In this document: positions 25,909 through 35,500 of the stretch, in pieces
How the letters are laid out: each line of letters opens with the position of its first letter
Position numbering within the stretch: the stretch's first letter is position 1
Assembly (NCBI GenBank): GCA_031379725.1
Contig: JANNFJ010000380.1
Location: 1-60,356, forward strand
Reading direction: 5' to 3'
Origin: Calothrix sp. OTE_75_metabat_31
GTDB taxonomy: Bacteria; Cyanobacteriota; Cyanobacteriia; Cyanobacteriales; Nostocaceae
Length of the DNA: 60,356 nt
Made by a program: the position numbers and the translations under genes
The notes under the pieces: model-generated
Seen by the model: the letters and a program-made list of their open reading frames with translations, nothing else
Told to the model about the DNA's origin: nothing
Databases searched by the model: none

Positions 25909-27768
25909 TTATCGTTCCAGGGATTGATTTTTTTTTGGAATCGCTTCGGTTAACCGTGTCAAATTCAATAATTCGGCATTCCAATCCATAGCTTTTGGCT
26001 GCACTACGGTCGAAAGTGGCAGTAATTCTTTGATAGCTTGCTTCATAGCGCGTCCTTCGTCATTGTTGTCGGCTGCGACAATAATGTGAGTGATATTTTT
26101 GAGGAAATCCAACGGCAGGTTTTTCAAGCTGTCCACTGCCAAAAACATCGTCCGTGTTGGTGGGGAACCTTTGTGTGCGGCTCTTGACAACGCCGCGCAG
26201 GAAAGGGCATCAATCGGTGACGCGCAAATGACGACTTTTTGCAATTCGTCCGTTTTTTCCCCGCCAGCATTGAAATAAAAGTAACCGTCCGCTCGTTTCG
26301 TGCCTTTTGCATATCCCTTAAACTCATTGTCTTTCCCCCTAGTCCCACGTAAAAATGCGCCAGTGGTGGTGGTTTCGTAATCTCCTGGTTCTGTTGGGAG
26401 TTCACGCATTTTGAAAACAGCGTTTTGCTGGTCATCACCATAGAGCAATCTATGAGTGTGAAGGGCATCGGTGAGGGAAGCAGGCAATCCCCTGTCTTTA
26501 ATTAGGTAATCGCGTACAAATTGCCACTTGGAAGTATCTTCTTTCGGTGGTACGAACTGCGGTGCGGGTTCAGAAGCAACAATTTTAGTAGCATTGTCAG
26601 ATGCTTTTGCCTTGACGGCTCGGTGCATACCTTCTTCCTTAAATTGGTCGTGTAACCAGGCAATCGCTTGTTTGAAATTGCAACTGTTGACGTGCATTAC
26701 CAAGTCGATTGCACCACCACCACCCCTCTCCTTATCGGGGTTAAAATCGTGGAATTTTGCCCCATCAATACGAATAGCGTGCCCTTGTCCCTTCCACTTA
26801 TTCCCAATTTTTGGGTCGCGGTCTAACCCCAAATGCCACGCTACATCCTCTAGGGGTAAATCCCTTAATTGGTCAGCTTGCTGTTTCCAGTAAAAGTTCT
26901 CGGACTCCAGTTCCGAGACACGGTTTTCTAACTGTTGCCGTAATTTTTCAGAAGCGATACCATCTTCGATGGTTGCCAAGGGCATCGCATTCCGTGAAGC
27001 CCGTTTTTCTAACTCAATAACCCTTGTACGGTCAGCCAGTTGGTGATTAATAGTCTGGATTGTAGGGTCTGATTTAATTCGCTCAAATAGTTGCTGTGCC
27101 GTCTCCCCCTGTTTTGGTGCTAGCCGTTCTAATTCCAGCGTCAAAGGCTCCTTATTTACTGCCTCATAATATTCCTTCACCTTAGTGTGGGTTGCTTGAC
27201 TGCCCTTTACCCCTCGTTCAATCCCCAAAGGAGCGAGTGCATCTGCATAAGAATCTTGAAGCTTGGATAATTTGATACTGGCTTGCCGTCCATCTCCCCC
27301 AAACATTGCTTTGTGGCTTAATTGTTTGGTTTTGTCGTTGATGGGAACTATATAAGCGTGGATGTGGGGAGTAGATTCATCCAAATGTAATTCAGCACGA
27401 ACGCATTTATCGCCAAAGTTTTCTTGCAACCATTTTTTAGAAGCCGACGCAAAATTCCACATCAACGAATCATCCCATTCCCCAGCTCCCGATGGGTCAT
27501 GGGGACGAAAATATTCTGGGGATGCTCCTAGAAATATTTCGCTGCACAGCACTGCATCTTTACGCGGCTTATGTTTAGTATTGTCAGCAATTTTGGCTAA
27601 AACTATTTCTTCTAAAGATGGGTCATCATTATTTCCAATCAGTCGAATATTTTCTTTAGTGGGGTCAGCATTTGGTGTATCTTGGAGACGAGCAGTATGT
27701 TTTTCGCTGCCGCCCACACTCCCTAAACTTTTTAATTTCCCAACGCGCATAATCGCTTTTGCGGTCAT
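25909..27768 (-). CDS. MobV-family relaxase fused to a DUF3991/Toprim primase-like C-terminal region
   Basis: The N-terminus MTAKAIMRVGKLKS plus HLDESTPHIHAYIVP gives the MobV HxDE...PHxH motif. The middle has GGGGAIDLVMHVNSCNFKQAIAWL. The C-terminus has VVICASPIDALSCAAL ... IIVAADNNDEGRAM (Toprim-like). ATG 27768 is preferred over 27783. Confidence 0.8.
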   Translation of the reverse strand: MTAKAIMRVGKLKSLGSVGGSEKHTARLQDTPNADPTKENIRLIGNNDDPSLEEIVLAKIADNTKHKPRKDAVLCSEIFLGASPEYFRPHDPSGAGEWDDSLMWNFASASKKWLQENFGDKCVRAELHLDESTPHIHAYIVPINDKTKQLSHKAMFGGDGRQASIKLSKLQDSYADALAPLGIERGVKGSQATHTKVKEYYEAVNKEPLTLELERLAPKQGETAQQLFERIKSDPTIQTINHQLADRTRVIELEKRASRNAMPLATIEDGIASEKLRQQLENRVSELESENFYWKQQADQLRDLPLEDVAWHLGLDRDPKIGNKWKGQGHAIRIDGAKFHDFNPDKERGGGGAIDLVMHVNSCNFKQAIAWLHDQFKEEGMHRAVKAKASDNATKIVASEPAPQFVPPKEDTSKWQFVRDYLIKDRGLPASLTDALHTHRLLYGDDQQNAVFKMRELPTEPGDYETTTTGAFLRGTRGKDNEFKGYAKGTKRADGYFYFNAGGEKTDELQKVVICASPIDALSCAALSRAAHKGSPPTRTMFLAVDSLKNLPLDFLKNITHIIVAADNNDEGRAMKQAIKELLPLSTVVQPKAMDWNAELLNLTRLTEAIPKKNQSLER

Positions 27769-27799
27769 TGAAAAACCCCCCACAAATAATCAAGGAACA

Positions 27800-27905
27800 T
27801 GCCCCGCAGGGCGAACGTACTTCTGTGTCCGAGAGAGCGTATAGCGAGCGAGGATGGGCGCAGCCCACCCGCAGGGCACAGAAGTGAAGTGAGTTCACTT
27901 CGATT
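27800..27905. promoter_or_regulatory. Candidate oriT / mob promoter region (inverted and direct repeats)
   Basis: ACTTCTGTG (27819-27827) pairs with CACAGAAGT (27877-27885). Direct repeat CCGCAGGGC at about 27804 and 27869. Hairpin GAAGTGA..TCACTTC at 27886-27901. The region lies directly upstream of the relaxase gene. Confidence 0.3.
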
Positions 27906-29581
27906 ATAACGAAGCTGCCCGAAATTGCTTTTGCAGTAGGGGACGTGGCTGACGATGCAGGGTTTACAAAATGCGTGAAACCCAAATACCAAGCGAATTC
28001 TATGCCCTTGCTCCGACGAAATAGCTACCGAATCGAATTAATACGATTGGGGATGCGAATAAAAGGGATTTGGTAGGAAAATCGACGCCATTAACCTGAT
28101 AATTGTCGCTAAATTCCTACTTAATTCCTACTAAATTTAGGTAAGTAATATTGCTTAGTTTGACTCGTATTGTTGAAGAAGATGATAAATATAACTAATC
28201 GTTTTTGGTTGTGTTGGTTAAGAAAAGCATTCATGACAATATTTTCAACCACTCCAGGGGGTTGTTAATAATCTGAAAATAAACATGGTGTATATACTAC
28301 ACCATGAACTAAATATGTAGGGGATATTTATTTTCAAAACGCGGTCGTAGCGAAGGAATTAAAAGGAATTTGGTTGACTCATCGACGCTCTTAACCAATA
28401 ATTTTGTCTTATAACTAACCTTCAAATTCCTGCAAATACCTTTAAGTACCTTCAAATATACGACAAGAGAATTTCACTGCTAAATTAAAAGCAAGCTTAA
28501 GATTTAATTAAATAGTTAATTATTTATTTTTGATTTTTGCAGAAAGCTTACAGCACGAATTATCAAGATTTAAGTGGAATTTTTCGCTCTCGAATAATTA
28601 AGAACAGAATATTTTACGAATTATTTACTTGCGATTGGAGACACTTGGAGACACTTGGAGCCTAGTAATCAGCAAACCTGATTAATTTTTACTGATTTTT
28701 CGCTGATTTTTGGCTCCACTTGGCTCCATTTTCTTTTATTTAACTCGATTTTAAATTAAAAATACTGAGATTAATTGCTATTTTTTTTGAACGGTAAAAT
28801 ACTGAATGTGATGGTTGACAGTTTTGCTGATTGCCCCACCTGATGGGCACTTTTGGCGTTTTGATGACTAAATAATTACTCATTATTTTGACATGCTGGA
28901 TTTTAAAAAATATTGCCGATTGGGACTGAAATTAGGTTAACAAAATGACTATTAGTTTTAGTTATCTATATAAATATTTATTAATCGGTTGGTGATGCTT
29001 GTTAGGTCAGCGAGAGCCAGCCATAACTGAGTGAGATTTTGTTGCATATGCTAAATTTTTAGCCTCGGAAACTTTTCCCTCAATTGCAATCGCAACATTG
29101 AAAAGCGCGTGTAACAGGTGTTGTTGCTAGGTGCTACTATACTTCAACCTGGGTTAAACCTGGGTTAAACCTTGTGGTCACAAACGCTTGTTACCAATCA
29201 GGTGTTTTGTCAATTAAAAAAGTAATTTAAATTGCAGTTTTGGCTGTTTTTGCTTCAGTTAAGTGCAACTTGGATTAAAGCTGGGTGTCACTATAGTTAC
29301 AGTTAGGTTACATCAGTACAGTAAAGTTTGATAGTTGACTAATTGCATACTGATAACTACGATTTGTTTATCGATAAACCGGGGAATATATATATTTATG
29401 GGAAAGCTTAAACCCTTGGCAAGTGTGCTATTAAAAATACTCCTGATGGTGAGGTGTATGTACTAACTGGGAGCAATGCGATTTTGATTAAGGAGGGTAA
29501 AGCGGAACGATACCGGGAAGCCTACCTTCCATATTTGTCGTGCTTTATTACAAATTGTTGTTATGAGTGCTTCCCACCTTC

Positions 29582-30829
29582 ATGGCTAATCCAAAATATG
29601 TTAATCACTTGCGTGCATTCCGACTAACCATGCCAAAAACCTTCAGCCTTAAAATCGATAACTACTTTGCTGCCAATCCCCACTGCATCATCGCCACGGC
29701 CCACATTGACACATTCCCCACCGACCTACCCCTCGAACCAAATATCCGCGAACCCAACCGCAAAAGCTCGACCTACAAGCAAATTCTCGATTCCTTGTAT
29801 GCCCAACCCGAAAAGTTTTACGAACGACACAGCGGCATTGTTTTATCGGCAAACAAAGTTAAACCGGGTAAGGATAAACTCGAACTCGAAGTACTCGAAG
29901 CATGTGAAGGTGGAAGCGATGGCATCATCAACGGCGGCCACACCGTCCTCGCATTTGAAAACGCAATGGGTTTTAAGTACAACCTATCGAATGCGCGTGT
30001 CAAAGTTACCATCCACATTGGTTTGGGGGAAGAGGATGCAAAAGATATTGCCCTCGCATCGAACACGACCGCACCCGTGGACGCTCGCTCCAAAACAAAC
30101 GCAAAGGGTGATTACGACTTCATCAAGCAATATTTAACCCAATTGGAAGTAACGACCAATAGCAAGTTTCGAGTCGCGTACTATCAAAACCAAAGCGGTG
30201 CGCCCCGGAATGCCCATTGCAACGTAACCCACCTGTTCAAATTAATCAATTGTCTCGACCGCAATCGATACAACCCCGACAGTAACACCCGAAGTAAACA
30301 CCCCACAGGTTCCAATACTCCGAGTACAATCACCGAGGTAGAAAAAGCAAGGTTGAGTAAATTATTACCCCTACTCCCCCAAGCATTGTGGGTCGAGCAA
30401 CGGTTGTATTCCATCATCCAAGAACACATCTCCAACCCCAGACGTAAAAGTGGTTGCGACCTAGCATCAATCGACACCCGCAAGAATACGCTCCTTCCCG
30501 ATAGTAAATATTCGTTCGGGTTTGCCGCACCAGCCGACCTCGCATTACCCGTGATTGCATCTTATCGGGTGTTTCTCGATAAGGATTACAACTGGCTGAT
30601 ACCATTCGATGAATTTGCAGACGAATTTATCCAACACTTGTGGGATAACTATTTTCGCAAATACTTAATATCGCAAAAGACGGCGGGCAATACCGTCGGA
30701 GCAAAAATATGCCGCGACCAAGATGTGTGGGAACACATGTACATTTCGGCACAAAGTTATCTCAATAAATACTTGATGAAGATTGTCAAGGCGAAAACAG
30801 AGGAAAATTTGACACTCGTTGGTAAATAA
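29582..30829 (+). CDS. AIPR-like (abortive-infection phage-resistance family) protein; family assignment tentative
   Basis: 415 aa from ATG 29582. LEPNIREPNRKSSTYKQILDSL...FYERHSGIVLSANKV...DGIINGGHTV resembles the N-terminal conserved region of AIPR proteins as I recall it. Not verified by search. Confidence 0.45.
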   Translation: MANPKYVNHLRAFRLTMPKTFSLKIDNYFAANPHCIIATAHIDTFPTDLPLEPNIREPNRKSSTYKQILDSLYAQPEKFYERHSGIVLSANKVKPGKDKLELEVLEACEGGSDGIINGGHTVLAFENAMGFKYNLSNARVKVTIHIGLGEEDAKDIALASNTTAPVDARSKTNAKGDYDFIKQYLTQLEVTTNSKFRVAYYQNQSGAPRNAHCNVTHLFKLINCLDRNRYNPDSNTRSKHPTGSNTPSTITEVEKARLSKLLPLLPQALWVEQRLYSIIQEHISNPRRKSGCDLASIDTRKNTLLPDSKYSFGFAAPADLALPVIASYRVFLDKDYNWLIPFDEFADEFIQHLWDNYFRKYLISQKTAGNTVGAKICRDQDVWEHMYISAQSYLNKYLMKIVKAKTEENLTLVGK

Positions 30830-31536
30830 TTGAATCTCGGAGAGCAAAGAGCGAAAGTTACGATTTTCACCTTAAATAACAAGGATATTAGGCTATTCAA
30901 CTTTACTGACTAAATAATACATCTTAATTATCACCGTGTACTGAGAACATGCACCCCAAGCCAACTTTCATCCTACTACGTCTAAGTATTAATTAATGCT
31001 CTATTCTCATTAGTATACGGTTATATTTGCTCCAAGTACGCAGTCACGATTATTTGGCTCGCAAGCACAGTAAAAACGAAGCCAGCCTTCGATTGTAAGC
31101 AATAGTAAAAATGCATGATTTGCCGTCGAATGTTAAATTCTCCACAATCGCAAGCTGAAAAACCCAGTAAACTCACGCAAATCATCATCAAAAGTGAAAG
31201 CTACGAAAATACCCGCTTGATAGCTTCAAGCAAATTCGTGTAGAAATGTAAAAGCAGCCGGTACGAGCAACTAGTTTCCTTGCACTCAGCGCTCTTCAAC
31301 AATCAACGCATCATAAATCTACAACCGCACAGTGAAGCGCAATCACTGTACCGAGTTGTGGTGAATGCACCAATTTGCTTGGACTCACGAAGCGAGAATT
31401 AAGCATAACGGGATTGGCAATTACGTTTTGTAACGGGGATTTCACCCCGACACTCCATACGTTGCCAAATTCTTTGGCGCTTGGGTACTAGATTGAACAT
31501 GCGCGTGTTAACCAAAAAAATCATAGGATAAATATC

Positions 31537-32274
31537 ATGAATCAAAGCGTAAAAGTACAAGAATTCGGCATTATTGTAGCAATTAAAGATAACAAACCCC
31601 AAATTCTCAACCCCGACTTCCTCAAATATTCGGGAATCGTCCCAGATTCATGGGAACTAGCACGTCAACCTATTTTTACCCAAAGCCTGTCACAAATAGT
31701 TTATACCAACGGTGTCAGCATTATTGCAGAACCCAACCGCGTTATCTTTGTCGAATCCCTTGAAGATAAAAAAGCAGAAGAAATTAGCGTCGCAGCGATC
31801 GCAGAACGCTACATAAAAATGCTACCCAATGCCGAATACCAAGGTTTGGGAGTCAACCCACGCGGTTACGTAGGCTTATCAGGTACAGACACAGATGCAG
31901 CCCGCAAATTCATGAGCGAAGGATTATTTGCCCCTGGAGCATGGCAGCAAGTCGGTACTAGCCCCATGCGTTCCACCGTCAACCTCGTCTACACATTCGA
32001 GCGTGCGCCTTTATACCTGACTATCAACGAAGCAGCATTACGCAATCCCGACGAAACCAGCACCCCCATCGTCTTGTTCTCCGGCAGCTACAGCTACGAA
32101 GTATCGGGAGAAACAGCAAGCGAAAAACTCACCAACTTGCTTGCAGTAATGGGCAACTGGCAAACCGACTTACAAGAATTCACCAATATTATCAACGATA
32201 AATTCCTCGGTCATCAAGCTTCAAGCAGCGTACCCGACGTATTCACTATGAACAACATACCTGCTGCGGTGTAA
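31537..32274 (+). CDS. Hypothetical protein (245 aa)
   Basis: Clean ORF followed by a hairpin terminator. No motif recognised. Confidence 0.55.
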   Translation: MNQSVKVQEFGIIVAIKDNKPQILNPDFLKYSGIVPDSWELARQPIFTQSLSQIVYTNGVSIIAEPNRVIFVESLEDKKAEEISVAAIAERYIKMLPNAEYQGLGVNPRGYVGLSGTDTDAARKFMSEGLFAPGAWQQVGTSPMRSTVNLVYTFERAPLYLTINEAALRNPDETSTPIVLFSGSYSYEVSGETASEKLTNLLAVMGNWQTDLQEFTNIINDKFLGHQASSSVPDVFTMNNIPAAV

Positions 32275-32322
32275 TCGGCACCATCAACAGCCAGTACAAA
32301 TAAAAATAAAATATATACCCAT

Positions 32323-32348
32323 AGTGAGGGAGAAATCCCTCACTTTTG
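32323..32348 (+). terminator. Rho-independent terminator between the 245-aa gene and the giant ORF
   Basis: AGTGAGGGA-GAAA-TCCCTCACT followed by TTTGG. Confidence 0.6.
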
Positions 32349-32523
32349 GCGCAATTCGGTGTCTCCAATCACCCACACATAATTTATACCGACTTAATTA
32401 ACAACAAATTTTTAGCCTCACAATCGCCAAAAACACGCGGTTTCTCTTTAAATCGCAATTAATATTTCACTTCAAACTACTTTAAAAAACCACTACAACA
32501 TTACGGGATAAAACGAGGTCAAG

Positions 32524-35500
32524 ATGGCTACTAATAATGAATTTGGGTTGCCCAACGATAATTTATTCAACACCGAATCATCAAATAACAGCGGATTTTC
32601 CGACCCTCTAGCACCGCAAAACAAAGACTTATTAGGAACCAATCAAACATCCTCACCCATTGGTTCACCCAGTACCGACATACCCGATACATATACTAGT
32701 GGTAGCGATAGCAACATTATTGTCCCTAAACCTGCGGATAATTCTCTGTTGGGAGAAAAACCAATAGACACAACAGCAAATACCGATGCATTAACGGGCA
32801 CAGTCGAAGATGCAGCATTGGTAACGGCAGATGCAAATGACCCCTTGTTTAATGGGGGTGGTTTGAATTTTGTAGATGCATTAATGTTTACATCTACTCC
32901 ATACGTCAATGATAGTAGTGACAATCAAGCTGCAATGCAGTTTCGTAGTGCAGCATTGGCAGGAGAACAAAATATAATTTCTCCTGAAAATACTTTATTT
33001 CAGAGTGACTTAACCTTAAACTCGGAGTTGTATCCTGAGCATTTTAATACCTATAAACAGGATTATCAACTAACAGGTTTTACGCCAGGGGAACTCGTTA
33101 GCATTGACCTCAGTTCAACGGAATTTAATACTTATATCGAAGTTATTAATGCTGATACTCAAAAATCTATTGACTCAGATAGTAGCTCTGGTGCGGGTAA
33201 TGACGCTAGAATTACTTTTAAGATTCAGCCTGATATTAATTATATAGTTCGAGTTACAAGTGACAAAGAAGGAGAGACGGGACAGTATACTCTTAAAGCA
33301 ATTAAAATACCAACTATTGCAGTAAATGATGAGAAAATATCAGGTGAATTAACAGCCGATGATTTTGCACATCCAGACCGCTCTAATAGTTTAATAAAAG
33401 AGTACTATATTGATGGTACACAAGTTGGTAGTACATTAGAAATTAATTTATATTCAGCAGCATTTAGAACATATTTAGAAATTTTTGATGCGAGTAACGA
33501 AAATTTAGTTACCTATGATAGGGACTATAGTTCAGATAGCTTTTCGCGTGCAATATTTACACCGCAACCGGGTAAAAATTATATAGCTAGGGTTAGCAGT
33601 GAGGGTTATAATGGCAGCCAAACTGGAGCATATACACTCGATATTAAACCTTTACAGACAATTACGGCAGACGGGGTAGACTTTGATGGTGAACTGAAAA
33701 CCAGCGATGCTAACTTTCCTTTCGTTGAAAATGGTAATATTATAAACTATGCCGACGATTATCAACTTGTATCATTGCCGTTAGGTAAAGTTTTAGAAAT
33801 TAATCTAACTTCGAGCGATTTTGATACATATTTAGAAGTCCTCGACGGTACAGAAAATTATTTATATAGTTATAGTTATGATTACAATTCTGGAGAAGGC
33901 ACTAATTCACGACTGATTTTTGCACCGCAACCAGACAGAAATTATATATTGCGAGTTAGTAATTATAATAGCGATAAAGTTGGAGCGTACAAGCTTAATG
34001 TTAAATCCCTGACAGAAATTTCTGCCCAACAATCTGAAAAAAGGGGTGAACTCAAAGTAAGTGACGCAAACCATCCTAGTAATGAAAAATATTTTGTTAA
34101 CGATTATCAACTCGAACAAGTAACATCCAATAAATTAGTCGAAATTAGGTTAGATTCAGTAGATTTTGGCACATCGGTAGAAGTATACGATGCGCGGAAT
34201 CAATACGTTGTTGCGTCTAAATACCATACAGATGGTTCACCTAATAATTCGTTACTTGTATTTAAACCGCAATCTGGTATTGAATACGTTGTACGGATTA
34301 GCAACAGGACAAGTGACTACACCAGCAACGGTACGGGAAGCTATACCCTCGATGTCAAATCGCTTCCGGAACTAGAGGTTGCTTCTAATGAAATAAGAGA
34401 GGAACTGACGAGTAGCGATACTAGCAACCCAGCACGTACAGGTAGTTTAAGAGATGATTACCAACTAACAAAATTTACATCCAAGTACCCCATCAGCCTT
34501 GTTTTATCATCCGATACATTTGATACTTACCTCCAACTCGTCAATGCTCTAACGCAAGAAATAATCGCATCAAACGATAACAGTGGCACTGGTAATAACT
34601 CGCAACTGAGCTTTATCCCTGACGGATATACTAACTACATCGTTCGAGTAACTAGCGCAAACCCCAACGCTACTGGTAATTATACGCTCAAAGCGGTTGC
34701 AACTTCGGCATCATCCCTGGAAATAGGCGATACAAAAACCGACACATTAAGCGATGGAGATATTATTAACTTTACTAATTCCAATCGGTTGGTTGATGAT
34801 TACAAGCTAGCTGCGACTGTGGCAGGACAAGCAATTCGCCTCATGCTCTCTTCGGATAAATTTGATACAGACTTACAGTTACTTGAGTCCGATACGCAAA
34901 ATATAGTTTTGCAGCATCGCAAATCTAGTAACGGTAGCGGTTCTATGCTAACCTTCATTCCGATTATAGGCAAAAACTATATTGTTAGGGTTGCGAGTGT
35001 TGATGCAGTGGGACGCGGTGACTACCAGTTAAAAGCAGAAACTGTAGATATTCCAGTAATTGAGAATTTTGCCACTCCAATTCCTGGTAGCTTTGACAAT
35101 GGCGATATCATTAATTTAAATGATGGTAAACGTCGATTCGATGAATATCGCCTTCAGCCTCTCACACCAGGTCAATCCTTACGATTAAAATTGGCTGTTG
35201 CAGACAGTTTGAGTAGTTATGTTCAAATTATCAACGCCAATACGCAAACGGTAGTTGTTACAAGTAAAACAGCTTACAGTAGTAACAACATACAGCTAGG
35301 GTTTTTACCAGAAGCTGGTATTAATTATATTGTCAGAGTTGTTAATTCAAATCTTACTGAGGGGAATTATACCCTTGAAGCTGAAGTGTTAGCTGCCAAA
35401 TATATTTCTGCTAACAAAAATGAAGTAATCGTTGGTGCCTTATCTGAAGGTGATATTAATAACCCAACTCTTACAAGAAGATTTGCTGATGACTACCAGC

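Noticed and set aside
26090-27992. Several ORFs antisense to, or just upstream of, the relaxase gene (for example 27362..27844 at 160 aa, 27665..27985, 27765..27992).
   Set aside because: They overlap the well-supported MobV gene or its repeat-rich upstream region, and they have no motifs. The upstream part is better explained as oriT/promoter DNA.
29667-30483. 156-aa alternative-frame + ORF and the antisense ORFs (29818..30093, 30184..30483) inside the AIPR-like gene.
   Set aside because: They are Pro/Ser/Thr-rich shadow translations fully contained in the longer 415-aa ORF.
31399-31602. 67-aa minus-strand ORF overlapping the start of gene 31537.
   Set aside because: It overlaps a better-supported ORF start and lacks any recognisable features.
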